Below are positions 19,085 through 28,801 of a DNA stretch of 64,000 bases, one piece after another. The notes beneath the pieces were generated by a model. The model was not told the DNA's origin. It was given only the letters and a program-made list of their open reading frames with translations, and did no database searches. Source of the stretch: Nitrospirota bacterium (GTDB taxonomy: Bacteria; JACPQY01); assembly GCA_016190245.1 (NCBI GenBank), contig JACPQY010000011.1, forward strand, positions 35,512-99,511, read 5' to 3'. The position numbers and the translations under genes were made by a program. Within the stretch, counting starts at the first letter, position 1, and the number at the start of each line of letters is the position of its first letter.

Positions 19085-19291
19085 GGCTGCTACCTCCTAT
19101 CTTTTCCGGCAGTCGGCAGTCGGGATACTCGCCCTTCTGGCGCGGCCTTCCTGGCCGCTCGGGAGGGGGAGAGTACCGCGCCGTCCCTGGCTGGGTCGGC
19201 AGTCGCAGGCGGTCCATCCGGTTTGAGTCCAGTTTCTCCCGTCGGCCGGCCGGCTACTCTGCCACGAGTCCGCGGACGTTTTCCATCCGGA

Positions 19292-20503
19292 TCACAGCAC
19301 GCGGATTCCAGTGAGTTCCTTGGCCACGATCGCGCGCTGGATCTCGCCCGTGCCTTCGAAAATGTCGAAGATCTTGGCGTCGCGCATCCATTTCTCGACG
19401 GGATAGTCGCGCAGGAAACCGTAGCCGCCGAGGATCTGCACGGCCTTGACGGTCACGTCCATCGCCACCTGCGCCGCGAGGTACTTGGCCATGGAGGCCT
19501 CTTTCACATTGGGGATCTGCTTGTCCGCCATCCACGCGGCCTTCCAGATAAGCATGCGGCACGATTCCACCGCCGTGGCCATCTCGGCCAGCGTGAAGGC
19601 GATGTGCTGCTTGCCGGCGAGGGCGCAGCCGAACTGCTCCCGCTCCTTGGTGTAGTCCACCGTGTACTCCAGCGCGGCCCGCGCGATGCCGAGCGCCATC
19701 GAGGCCACCACGGGCCGTGTGGCATCGAACATCTTCTTTGCACCGGAAAAGCCCTGCCCAGTATCGCCCAGGATCCACTTGGCAGGGACGCGGCAGTCCT
19801 CGAGATAGACCGGCGCCGTCTCGCTCGCGCGGATCCCGAGTTTCTTGTCCTTCGCGCCCGGCACGAGCCCCGGCGTTCCGCGCGGGATGAGAAAAGCCCG
19901 ATGACCGGCGCGTCCGGCCTGGGGGTCCACCGTCGCCCAGATGATGAAGATGCTGGCGGAGTGGCCGTTGGTGATGAACTGCTTCTGCCCGTTGAGGATG
20001 TAGTGGTCCCCGTCCTTCTTGGCCGAGGTCCGAATCATGGAGATATCGGACCCGGCCTTCGGCTCCGTTATGGCCATGGCGGCGATCTTCGGGTGACCGT
20101 TTTCGTCGTCGCCCGTCATCGCGTCAATGAACATCTCTTTCTGCTCGGGCGTGCCCATCTTGGCCACGGGCGTCGCGGCCAACCCCGAGCCGTTAATGGC
20201 GTTGGTGATGCCCGCGCACCCCCACGAGAGCTCCTCCGTGGCGAGGACGGCCAGAAGGTTCCACCCACCACTGCCCATGATCTCAGACATGGCGGCGGAT
20301 CCGCCATCCTTCCCGTTCTTTTTCGAGAGGCCGAACGATTGGGGCGTGCCCATGCCCATCACCTGGGCCTGCTTCATGATGGGCCACGGCATCTCCTCCT
20401 TCTCGTCATACTCCGGCGCGGCCGGACGGATGACGTCCGCGGCGAATTGATGGAGCGCATCCTTGATCATCCTCTGCGTTTCCGAGAGTTCGAATCCGAA
20501 CAT
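19292..20503 (-). CDS. Acyl-CoA dehydrogenase
   Basis: AITEPKAGSD, NGQKQFITNG, KLGIRASET, GGYGF...YPVEKWMRDAKI..IFEGT; AAGGAGG RBS. Confidence 0.95.
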   Translation of the reverse strand: MFGFELSETQRMIKDALHQFAADVIRPAAPEYDEKEEMPWPIMKQAQVMGMGTPQSFGLSKKNGKDGGSAAMSEIMGSGGWNLLAVLATEELSWGCAGITNAINGSGLAATPVAKMGTPEQKEMFIDAMTGDDENGHPKIAAMAITEPKAGSDISMIRTSAKKDGDHYILNGQKQFITNGHSASIFIIWATVDPQAGRAGHRAFLIPRGTPGLVPGAKDKKLGIRASETAPVYLEDCRVPAKWILGDTGQGFSGAKKMFDATRPVVASMALGIARAALEYTVDYTKEREQFGCALAGKQHIAFTLAEMATAVESCRMLIWKAAWMADKQIPNVKEASMAKYLAAQVAMDVTVKAVQILGGYGFLRDYPVEKWMRDAKIFDIFEGTGEIQRAIVAKELTGIRVL

Positions 20504-20585
20504 GGCTACCTCCTTCAATTTCGGCAGTCGGGAGTCGCCGGAGCGAGAAGTCCCCTGGCTCGCGGTCGCTGTGCCCTCCGGCTGC

Positions 20586-21230
20586 TCACTGTTCACTGTT
20601 CACTTCTTTTGCGATGCCCTCGACGAGGGCGCGTGTCGCGTGCAGAATCATTTCCTCTTTCGGCACGGCGAATCCGTGGACCATCAGGTCGGCGAGGTGC
20701 ATGCAGGCGCCGATCACGCCGTGCACGATCACTTCGAGTTCGTCCTCTTTGAGGGGCCTGACCCGCCCGCCCTCGATGCCGCGGCGGAGAAGATCGCGAA
20801 GGACGAGGGCCATCCCCCCCACGGCCTGATTGACGACGGCCCGGATGGCCGGTCGGGGAACACTGCCCTCTCGGAAGAGGACGATGAAGTAGGGCCGGTT
20901 GCCGTCCACGAAATCGAAGAACGCGCGCATGCCGGCCTCGATGGCGGAGGGGAGCCCTTGCTTCTCGGCGGCGCGGGTGGACACCCTCTGCTGCAACAGG
21001 TGGGCGCCGGCGTGGAGGATCTCGAGAAATATTTCATCCTTGTTCCGGAAGTACTGGTAAAAGGTGCCGATCCCGCAGCGGCAGGCGCGGACGATGTCCC
21101 TAACCTGGGTGTCGGCGTACCCTTTGGAGGCGAAGACTTCGATAGCACCTTTGAGGAGCTCCTGCCGGGTTTCGGGGCGTCCGTGAGGCTCAGGCGGGGG
21201 AATCTGTGGCGACCTTGGTTCGACGTCCAT
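20586..21230 (-). CDS. TetR/AcrR family transcriptional regulator
   Basis: F..KGY..T.V.DI......GTFYQYF.NK HTH. Confidence 0.92.
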   Translation of the reverse strand: MDVEPRSPQIPPPEPHGRPETRQELLKGAIEVFASKGYADTQVRDIVRACRCGIGTFYQYFRNKDEIFLEILHAGAHLLQQRVSTRAAEKQGLPSAIEAGMRAFFDFVDGNRPYFIVLFREGSVPRPAIRAVVNQAVGGMALVLRDLLRRGIEGGRVRPLKEDELEVIVHGVIGACMHLADLMVHGFAVPKEEMILHATRALVEGIAKEVNSEQ

Positions 21231-21236
21231 TTGCTA

Positions 21237-21288
21237 GAACGACGCGTCGTTCCGGAAAGCATCATATACGCAATTTTCCAGATGTCAA
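21237..21288 (-). promoter_or_regulatory. Sigma70-like promoter plus perfect 16-bp palindromic operator for the tetR-ACAD-thiolase-SCP2 operon
   Basis: TTGACA (21288-21283), N16, TATGAT (21266-21261); GAACGACGCGTCGTTC at 21237-21252, 6 nt before the ATG. Confidence 0.65.
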
Positions 21289-21526
21289 GTTGGAATTGAG
21301 ATACACATAGCTGATTTTATTAATTAGTACTTATATTATTACTAGTAAGTACAATATGATATATTGTAATATGGTAACTTACATAGATGTAATCAAGACA
21401 AATACTTGCTCAACAACAAGCCATCTGAGAATCGCTTGGCTATATTCCTATCGTTCTTCGAGCAACTGATTCTGGACATACCAGCCCTTGAAAAACCCCC
21501 AGCCTGGGCGGGCTGGACGCCGTGGC

Positions 21527-22438
21527 CTACAGCAGCCCGTTGAGGTGGTCTTTGAACCAGTCGGCGGCCATGGCGATCGAGCGCCTCGAATCGGACTGCC
21601 ACCAGAGGTTCATGAACCCGTGAATCGAACCGGGGAAGATCTCGAAATGGACGTCGCGTCCCTGTTCGACCAAGTCACGCGCGTAGGACCTCGATTGGGT
21701 GAAGAGCGGGTCCATCGTACCGCAGAAGAGGAGGGTGGGAGGCACCACCCGCGCGCGGTCGAGGTGCATTCGCGGACTGGCCTCAAGCATGGCCGCTTCG
21801 CGCTCGGGCCCCTCCGGACCGAAAACGGAGTGTAGGATCTGTTCCGTCCGCCGGTACGGCACCCGCGCAAACTTCCGAAAGTCGAACACCCCGTACCAGT
21901 GAACGGCCGCGGAGACCTTCGCCAAGTCGCCGTTGTGACGCGATCCCACCGGTCCCAGTCCGTTCGAGAGGAGGACCGCGGCATAGGCGCTCAGGTGCCC
22001 GCCCGCGCTGTCCCCAAACACCCCGACGCGCTCGGGGTTTCCGCCGTAGCGGTGGACATTGGATCGAACCCATTTCAGCACGGCCGCCACATCCTCCACG
22101 CAGGCCGGGTAGGCATATCGTGGCGCGAGGCGATACTGCGGGACGACCACCAAGAATCCCCGGCGGGCGAGGGCCGCCGCGACCTGATGCAAGTTCTCTT
22201 TCACACCAACGATCCACGCACCCCCGTGGAAGCCGACCACGACCGGGAATGGACCCTCGTCCTTAGGCGCGACCACATCCAGGTGGAGCACGTCGTCGCC
22301 AGTGTCCCGGTAGGCGATGTTGCGATGAATGCGATAACCCAACCCCGTGCCGAGGCGCGCCACGCGGGGGAGGGCGTTGTTCACAGCAAACACCACGGCA
22401 CGACCCGCCGCCCGATCCATCGCGTTGAGAAGCGTCAT
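21527..22438 (-). CDS. Alpha/beta hydrolase (HSL-family esterase/lipase)
   Basis: HGGAW oxyanion hole, YRLAP, GDSAGG, DPL, HGF. Confidence 0.92.
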   Translation of the reverse strand: MTLLNAMDRAAGRAVVFAVNNALPRVARLGTGLGYRIHRNIAYRDTGDDVLHLDVVAPKDEGPFPVVVGFHGGAWIVGVKENLHQVAAALARRGFLVVVPQYRLAPRYAYPACVEDVAAVLKWVRSNVHRYGGNPERVGVFGDSAGGHLSAYAAVLLSNGLGPVGSRHNGDLAKVSAAVHWYGVFDFRKFARVPYRRTEQILHSVFGPEGPEREAAMLEASPRMHLDRARVVPPTLLFCGTMDPLFTQSRSYARDLVEQGRDVHFEIFPGSIHGFMNLWWQSDSRRSIAMAADWFKDHLNGLL

Positions 22439-22626
22439 CGCCAGGTTGCCGTGGGGTTTCGGTCGCCATCCAACCCACGGCCGAGGGGCCGCGCAGGCCG
22501 CCGCTGTGGTCCCCAGAATGGACGGCTCAGGACCAGCCGCCAACCCCGCAGGCCGTCTTTCAGGGCCACCTCGTCGCCGTCGGACACCGGCAAATCGAAG
22601 AATCTTGCCCACGCTTTCAACTCCAT
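22435..22626 (-). CDS. Possible small hypothetical protein (63 aa)
   Basis: Stop overlaps esterase start (ATGA); no recognisable motif. Confidence 0.35.
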   Translation of the reverse strand: MELKAWARFFDLPVSDGDEVALKDGLRGWRLVLSRPFWGPQRRPARPLGRGLDGDRNPTATWR

Positions 22627-22663
22627 TCATGCCTCAACTTGAGGCGGGAAGATACACTCTGAG

Positions 22664-22795
22664 TAATGTTTCGGTGAACCCGTCTGATCAATACGAGAGA
22701 GATAGTGCCTGGTAGCCGCAGGCTTTAGCCTGCGCACGACGGCGCGGACGCAACCTAGAGGTTGCGGCTACCATGATGGGTTCACCGAAACATTA
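22664..22795. mobile_element. MITE-like element (132 bp) with 18-bp perfect terminal inverted repeats, containing a GTAG-type REP doublet
   Basis: TAATGTTTCGGTGAACCC ... GGGTTCACCGAAACATTA; flanks ACACTCTGAG / CCACCCTGAG (8/10); internal GTAGCCGCAGGCTTTAGCCTGCG and CGCAACCTAGAGGTTGCGGCTAC. Confidence 0.75.
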
Positions 22796-22987
22796 CCACC
22801 CTGAGATCGGCCAATACTCGGCAACTCTTTAGTTTTCCATGCATATCCCGTCACCTTCGCAATAGACATCTATTCCGACATTTCCGCCTAATGCAAATGC
22901 GCGTTTCGTTCGATTATTGAAAGGAGGGCAAGTCCCCCGGGTGGGGGGCGGAGAGCTGAAGCCTCAACTGAATGGGGAGGACGCAGC

Positions 22988-23392
22988 GTGACCGAGGAGC
23001 GACCGTGGTGGAACCCTGAAGAAGAGAGAATTGACCGACTTGTGGCGGCGGTGACGGACGCGTTGGAGGCGATAGCCGACTCTGCAGAGCCGCCGTGGAA
23101 GCCCGAGGCGGACCGATGCGTGGAGAGCTTTGCGCGGGATCTCACGCGGGCCCGCCGCTATTTCAACGAGCATCGCCGGCACGAGGCCGGCCTTTTCATC
23201 CGGATGGCCGATCATGCCAACGAGGCCGGCTACGTGCTGCGCCGCCTCCTCTACTTGGCGGTGGACGGAGACCTCATCGAGGGCAAGCGCGGGACGCAGG
23301 CGATCCTGCCTTTCCTGTCGCAGATCAACTGCGACCATTTCAACTATCCGGAGCGACTGAGCAGCCTTCTGACGTACTTCCGGGACCGGTAG
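22988..23392 (+). CDS. Hypothetical protein (134 aa)
   Basis: GGAGGA RBS before GTG; GC3-biased codons. Confidence 0.65.
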   Translation: MTEERPWWNPEEERIDRLVAAVTDALEAIADSAEPPWKPEADRCVESFARDLTRARRYFNEHRRHEAGLFIRMADHANEAGYVLRRLLYLAVDGDLIEGKRGTQAILPFLSQINCDHFNYPERLSSLLTYFRDR

Positions 23393-23595
23393 GGCCGGCA
23401 GAAATCGGCTATCGGCTATTCTCCGCCGAGACTGCGGAGAGGGCGGACACGGCAGCTATCAGCCGGGGGAGGCCAGCCGATTCGAATCAACTGTCACGAT
23501 CGGGCGCCGGTGCCCCGGCGTTGATGCCTCCACTCCGAAATCCGGAAGCTGAAAGCTGATCCGCCTGAGGCGGACTGACCGCTGAGGGCTCCTGG

Positions 23596-24015
23596 CTACT
23601 CCCCGATGATCTTGATCAGCACCCGCTTGCGTCGGCGGCCGTCGAACTCCGCGTAGAAGATCTGCTCCCACGGCCCGAAATCCAACTTTCCCTCTGTGAT
23701 CGCCACCATCACCTCCCGCCCCATCAACTGCCGCTTGATGTGGGCGTCGCCGTTGTCCTCTCCGGTTTGGTTGTGGCGGTAGCGGCTCGTGGGCTCGTGA
23801 GGCGCAACGCGCTCCAGGAATTCCTCGTAGTCTTGGAGGAGGCCGCGCTCGTCGTCGTTGACATACACGCTGGCCGTGATGTGCATGGGGTTCACGAGAC
23901 ACAAACCTTCCTTCACGCCGCTCTTGCTCACAGCAGCCTCGACCTGGGGTGTGATGTTGAGGAACTCGCGGCGGCTCTTGGTGTGAAAGACGAGCTCTTC
24001 GCGGTAGGACTTCAG
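23596..24015 (-). CDS. yjbQ: YjbQ / UPF0047 family protein (apparent CTG start)
   Basis: [39 protein letters not shown]. Confidence 0.9.
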   Translation of the reverse strand: MKSYREELVFHTKSRREFLNITPQVEAAVSKSGVKEGLCLVNPMHITASVYVNDDERGLLQDYEEFLERVAPHEPTSRYRHNQTGEDNGDAHIKRQLMGREVMVAITEGKLDFGPWEQIFYAEFDGRRRKRVLIKIIGE

Positions 24016-24239
24016 GCCGGGTTCTCCTCCACTTCGAGATTCGAAATCCGAGATTCGAAATCCGGCGTGGCCCTCGCGCCCTCCCGCGGCTTCTTCTCTT
24101 CCTTGTCCAACTCCTCCTGCGCGTCCCGAGCGCGCTCGCGCACGCCGGGATCGGGCTTCGGCTTGGCCGAGGAGCACGAACACATGAACACGCTGAGGAC
24201 CGCCGCCGCGATCCACCCCCGAGATTGCATCGATATCAT
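24012..24239 (-). CDS. Small putative lipoprotein
   Basis: [14 protein letters not shown] lipobox-like; AAGGGGG RBS. Confidence 0.6.
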   Translation of the reverse strand: MISMQSRGWIAAAVLSVFMCSCSSAKPKPDPGVRERARDAQEELDKEEKKPREGARATPDFESRISNLEVEENPA

Positions 24240-24289
24240 CGATACCCCCTTTCTGCTGATGGGCCCGGCCGCCCGGCGTGCGGCCCGGG

Positions 24290-24775
24290 CTATTCCGCCT
24301 CCGGGCCGTCCTTCCTCTGAACTCGAACGTCCGGCCTGAGACGAACCGCTTTGCCCTGCACGGTCACGCACTCCGTGCGGTAAACCCAGTAGTCGCTCCC
24401 TTCCGTGCGCGAGCGCAGGGAGAGAACGAAATCCGCGCCCTTGATCCGTTCGATGGCGTTGTACAGGGCGGCCTCTTCGAGCGCGGTAAGCCCGGTCCAT
24501 GGCAGACGCAAGCCGCTCGATGTCCCGGACAGGTAGACCCGCCGATCTTCGTAGCCGATCGGAATAAACCACAGGAGGACGCTTCCGCAGGCTTGGCCCT
24601 CGAAGTCGCCGACGACTTGGAATTCGTCCCGCTTGAGGTTATCGAGTGTGATCGAGCCGATCATCGGCCGGTATTCCTGCCGCATGCCCTTGAACGAGCA
24701 CGCGCCAAGGATGAGGCCAGCGCATACCGCGAGGCAGCGGAACCAGTGCGGTCTTCGAAGCACCGCCACGGACAT
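24290..24775 (-). CDS. Putative lipoprotein (161 aa)
   Basis: LILGAC lipobox; [12 protein letters not shown]...A.YNAI...GAD...C.TV.G.A pattern. Confidence 0.75.
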   Translation of the reverse strand: MSVAVLRRPHWFRCLAVCAGLILGACSFKGMRQEYRPMIGSITLDNLKRDEFQVVGDFEGQACGSVLLWFIPIGYEDRRVYLSGTSSGLRLPWTGLTALEEAALYNAIERIKGADFVLSLRSRTEGSDYWVYRTECVTVQGKAVRLRPDVRVQRKDGPEAE

Positions 24776-24984
24776 GATTCGTAGCTACCAGATTCGGCGC
24801 CGATCGGCAAGGGGGAAAGGCAGCGGAAATCCGAACGGCGAATGTCGGAAGGCGAAAAGGGAAGGGAAAGAAAGGAAGGCCCCGTCCGCGTTGAAACACT
24901 CCCGGCGGGCTGGTATAGCTACGGCACCGTGCACACGGCCCCGCCCACCATGGTTCGCGCGAGTCGGTCGTGTGCCTCGGCGAC

Positions 24985-25917
24985 ATGCCCAAGTTCGCGC
25001 TGATCTACAACCCCAAGGCCAAGCGCAATCGCAAGTTCCCGTGGCGCATGTATCGGTACCGCTCCATCATGCGCCGGCTCGGGGGGGATGGAGCATTCAT
25101 CGTCAGCGAAAACCTGACACACCTCGAGGAGATCCTCGCCGACCTCCGACAGAGGGAGTTCGGCATCCTCGGCATCTGCGGGGGGGATGGCTCCGTTCAG
25201 ATCGTGCTCTCCGCCGTGCAGCGCATGTGGGCCGGCGATCCTCTGCCCCGATTCGCGCTCATCAAGGGCGGGACCATGAACACGATCGTGACGGCCATCG
25301 GTTTCCACGGGATGGGGCGATCGCTCCTGCGAGGCATCGTACACCACCTGCTCCACGATCTTCCGCTACGCGAGGTTGAACATCCCATGCTAAGGATCAA
25401 CGACACTCACTGCTTCATTTTCGGCCTGGGGCTCGCCACGCGATTCATGACGGCCTACTACGAAGGCGGCGGCGGTGCTCGGACAGCGATCAAAGTCATC
25501 TCGAAGGCCGTGCCCTCGCTCGTGGCGGACACCGAGTTCGGACGGTGGGTCGCGGAACCCTTCCAGGCTCGCGTCACGCTGGACGGGCAGGTCTGGTCCA
25601 TGGACCGATTCACCACCATCCTGGCCGGCACGATCGATCGGTATCCGCTCAACTTCATGCTGATGCCGCGGGCTCGCGAGAGGGAGGGCCACTTCCAGAT
25701 TCGATTCACTTCCATGCCCCTGCGCGGGTACATCGGGAACATCTACATCCTGCACCGAGGCCGCCCGACCCCACTCGTTCCCGACGCCATGTCGCAGAAG
25801 GCGGAGATCGAACTGGCGGTTGAACAACCCGCCATCTTGGACGGGGAGGTGACGACACTGGGCGCGCGCCTGTCGCTGGAATTGGGTCAGCCCCTCACCT
25901 TCGTGGGGCCCGCGTAG
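24985..25917 (+). CDS. Diacylglycerol/lipid kinase family protein
   Basis: YNPKA, GGDGS, GGTMN, LDGE motifs. Confidence 0.88.
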   Translation: MPKFALIYNPKAKRNRKFPWRMYRYRSIMRRLGGDGAFIVSENLTHLEEILADLRQREFGILGICGGDGSVQIVLSAVQRMWAGDPLPRFALIKGGTMNTIVTAIGFHGMGRSLLRGIVHHLLHDLPLREVEHPMLRINDTHCFIFGLGLATRFMTAYYEGGGGARTAIKVISKAVPSLVADTEFGRWVAEPFQARVTLDGQVWSMDRFTTILAGTIDRYPLNFMLMPRAREREGHFQIRFTSMPLRGYIGNIYILHRGRPTPLVPDAMSQKAEIELAVEQPAILDGEVTTLGARLSLELGQPLTFVGPA

Positions 25918-25929
25918 GGGCGGACCCTT

Positions 25930-26895
25930 TCAGGCCGGCAGGGTGAGGCCGAGGGCGCCGAGGACGCGGCGGAAATCGTCCGGGACCGGAGCCTTGAAGG
26001 TCACAAAGGCTCGCCGCGCGGGATGGAGAAACGTGATCCGATGCGCGTGAAGCATCGGGCGGGTCGCCTCTCTGGCGAGGTGCCCCGGTTCAAGCCCCTG
26101 CCGGTGGCCCTGTGCGGCGCGTGCACCGTATTCGGGATCCCCCACGATGGGGTAGCCGAGGTAGGCCAGGTGGACGCGAAGCTGATGCGTGCGGCCCGTG
26201 TGGGGATGAAGTTGGACCAGACTCGCGCGCTCGGCGCTCCCCAGCCGTTCCCACGACGTGACCGCCATGCGTCCGCGTCCGCCTCGCAGAACGGTCATCG
26301 TCTTCCGCTTTCGCGGATGCCGGCCCACCGCAGCGTCCAACACTCCGCGCGGACGAATGCACCCCCAAACGATGGCGAGGTAGTCCTTCTGCACCTCCCG
26401 CCGCTCGAACTGGGCCGCCAGCGAGCGATGCGCCACCTCCGTGCGCGCAACAACGATGACGCCCGACGTGCCCTTGTCCAGGCGATGGACAATCCCCGGC
26501 CGCACCGGCGCACCCAGCGGCGAGAGGCTTCCGTATCGGTGGAGCAACGCGTTGACGAGCGTGCCGCATGCCACGCCTGCGCCCGGATGAACCACCATGC
26601 CGGCGGGCTTGTTGACGACCACGAGATCGTTATCCTCGTGGAGGATGTCCAGGGCGATCGCCTCCCTTCCCAGTTCGACCGCGGCCGGCGGAGCCAGATC
26701 CGCGGTCACCTCGTCTCCCGGGCGAAGCCGGTAGGAGGCTTTCACCGTGTGACCTCCTACGCGGATTTCGCCTGCCTCGATCCCCTCTTGGAGCCGCGAC
26801 CGCGACAATTCCGGCAGGACTTGGCGCAGCCACAGGTCTAGCCGCACGGGCGGATCGGTTGGCCCCTCGAAACGGCGAACCGTCTTCATCTTCAC
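25930..26895 (-). CDS. rluD: RluA/RluD family pseudouridine synthase
   Basis: N-terminal S4 (RLD...SRSR), NKPAGMVVHP, HRLDKGTSG, TGRTHQLRVH, GDPEYG. Confidence 0.92.
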   Translation of the reverse strand: MKMKTVRRFEGPTDPPVRLDLWLRQVLPELSRSRLQEGIEAGEIRVGGHTVKASYRLRPGDEVTADLAPPAAVELGREAIALDILHEDNDLVVVNKPAGMVVHPGAGVACGTLVNALLHRYGSLSPLGAPVRPGIVHRLDKGTSGVIVVARTEVAHRSLAAQFERREVQKDYLAIVWGCIRPRGVLDAAVGRHPRKRKTMTVLRGGRGRMAVTSWERLGSAERASLVQLHPHTGRTHQLRVHLAYLGYPIVGDPEYGARAAQGHRQGLEPGHLAREATRPMLHAHRITFLHPARRAFVTFKAPVPDDFRRVLGALGLTLPA

Positions 26896-26941
26896 GGGGT
26901 CAATTCTGAATATTGACTTCTCGACGGATCGCTTCGCCCCC

Positions 26942-27850
26942 TCAGTCGATCCAAGGCGTCAGATACCGCAGGATTCGCTTCGGGGTCGAACGCCGGATCG
27001 CGGCCTTGAGTTCCTCGAGGCCCGCCCGGGCCGTTTCTTCTCCGCGGACGAGCGCGCGTTCGAGCTGTGAGAAATCGGCCCAGTGCACCTCGGGCATCGT
27101 GGGACGCCACAGGAGATCGGCTTCCTCGCACAGGAGCCTCATGAGCCGTTTGCGCGCGACGAAGTTGGCGCGGTTGATGATCTCCAAGCTGTGGCCCAGC
27201 TCCGTCACGCGGTCCAGTTCCTCTCCGACGTCCACGGCCAGCACGAATTCAGCGCCCAGTCGATAGGCCGGACGGATCGGCACTTGGTCTATCCACCCGC
27301 CGTCCACTAGTGTGCGACCGTCCAGCCGGATCGGGGGCAGGAGCCCCGGGATCGCGGCGCTGGCCGCCACCGCCTGCCGCAACGGCCCCTTCGTGAGCAC
27401 CACTTCTTCGCCCTTGACGAGGTCCGTGGCCACCACCGCGAAGGGAACGCTCAAATCCTCGATCTTCACGTCCGGCAGGACGCTCGCTATGATATCCATG
27501 TAGAGATCCTCGCGCACGTAGGACGCGCGGCGCATGGAGACAGTGTAGACGTAGCCCTTCTTCAGTGCCGCGGCTATCCCCGAGAACCGACCGCCCTGTT
27601 CCTCCTGGAGCTGCTGCCGGAAGAATCCGATGCGGCTCTTGTAGAAAAGCGGCCCCGTGAGGAACCGCTTCACGCGTTCGGTGATCTCCGCGATGTCGTT
27701 GTGGACGATGTAAAGGGCCCCGATGATCGCGCCCATGCTCGTCCCTGTCAGGGCTTGAACCCGGATTCCGTTTTCCTTGAGCACCTTCAGGATGCCGATG
27801 TGGGCGAGGCCGCGCGCCGCGCCGCCGCCCAAGGCCAGGCCGATCTTCAT
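26942..27850 (-). CDS. Patatin-like phospholipase
   Basis: GGGAARG, GTSMG, DGG motifs. Confidence 0.93.
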   Translation of the reverse strand: MKIGLALGGGAARGLAHIGILKVLKENGIRVQALTGTSMGAIIGALYIVHNDIAEITERVKRFLTGPLFYKSRIGFFRQQLQEEQGGRFSGIAAALKKGYVYTVSMRRASYVREDLYMDIIASVLPDVKIEDLSVPFAVVATDLVKGEEVVLTKGPLRQAVAASAAIPGLLPPIRLDGRTLVDGGWIDQVPIRPAYRLGAEFVLAVDVGEELDRVTELGHSLEIINRANFVARKRLMRLLCEEADLLWRPTMPEVHWADFSQLERALVRGEETARAGLEELKAAIRRSTPKRILRYLTPWID

Positions 27851-28050
27851 GGCGACACCTTGGTGGCGGCAGTCCGCTCAGCGCGGACTCGGCGTCCTGC
27901 CTCGCGCGGCACCGCGACTGTCCTGTCGCAGGCCGCGGCGCCGCCCAAGGCCAGGCCGATCTTCATGGGAACCGCTATCGGCTTTCAGCCATCAGCATTC
28001 AGCACGAACCTCGGAGCTGCAGGGCCACGAAAGGCGTTCGCAAGTCTCTT

Positions 28051-28105
28051 GTCATGCCCGCGGAAGCGGGCATCCAGGCTGGATTCCCGTTTTCACGGGA
28101 ATGAC
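28051..28105. repeat. dRS3/RPE-like palindromic doublet
   Basis: GTCATGCCCGCGGAAGCGGGCATCCAG-CTGGATTCCCGTTTTCACGGGAATGAC; same family as 4261-4317. Confidence 0.75.
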
Positions 28106-28183
28106 GGATGAGAGGCAAACGGGAGCGAGCCCTTCGCAAGTCGTTGCCGTCACGCTAACTCGCCGTCGGCCCACCGCTGACCA

Positions 28184-28783
28184 CTAGTCTTCCTGCAATT
28201 TCGTGTTCCAATACGCGGCGTCCACGAAGCTCAGGAAGGGAAGCCACTCCTTCTTCACAAGATGGGAAGCGTTGAACTTGGACGTGGGCCACCACGCCGG
28301 CTTTACCGGCGCCCTCACGAGCCTCATACCCGCTTCCTGCGGCGTCCGGCCTCCTTTTCGCAAGTTGCACGGGATGCAGGAGCAAACGATGTTCTCCCAC
28401 GTGGTTCTTCCCCCGCGCGACCGTGGCTTGACGTGATCGAGGGTGAGTTCGTTCTTGGGGAAGTGGGCGCCGCAATACTGACACGTGTTGCGGTCGCGCA
28501 GATAGATGTTGAAGCGGTTGAATCGCACTTCGCGGCGCGGGATGCGGCTGTAGGTCTGCAGAAGGATCACTTTCGGGATCCGGATGAAACCCTGAATGGT
28601 CCCCAGCGCGCCGTCCCCGCGCGCCGCCGCCAGCTCCCGCCACGAGTCGAAATCGAAGATCCGAAGTTCCTCGTCCACCGCCGCGGCCGCACCCTTGTAG
28701 AGAAGCACCAGAGCCTTGCGGGCCGTCGTGACATCGATCGCCATGTACGACCGATTGAGAACGAGGACGGCGCTGCCGAGCAT
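28184..28783 (-). CDS. HNH endonuclease (McrA-like, widespread chromosomal type)
   Basis: VLVLN.SY, RDRNTCQYCG, LTLDHV.PRSRGG.TTWENIV..C..CN..K. Confidence 0.93.
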   Translation of the reverse strand: MLGSAVLVLNRSYMAIDVTTARKALVLLYKGAAAAVDEELRIFDFDSWRELAAARGDGALGTIQGFIRIPKVILLQTYSRIPRREVRFNRFNIYLRDRNTCQYCGAHFPKNELTLDHVKPRSRGGRTTWENIVCSCIPCNLRKGGRTPQEAGMRLVRAPVKPAWWPTSKFNASHLVKKEWLPFLSFVDAAYWNTKLQED

Positions 28784-28801
28784 GGCTCGTGGATCCGGAG
28801 G

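Noticed and set aside
22922-22975. GGCAAG-hairpin-GCGGAGAGC vaguely like a c-di-GMP-I riboswitch
   Set aside because: Lacks the GNRA loop and the GCAAA/CGCAAAGC consensus; would need an Infernal search
28184-28783. Second HNH nuclease as a defence gene
   Set aside because: Widespread chromosomal HNH type, host-like composition, housekeeping context
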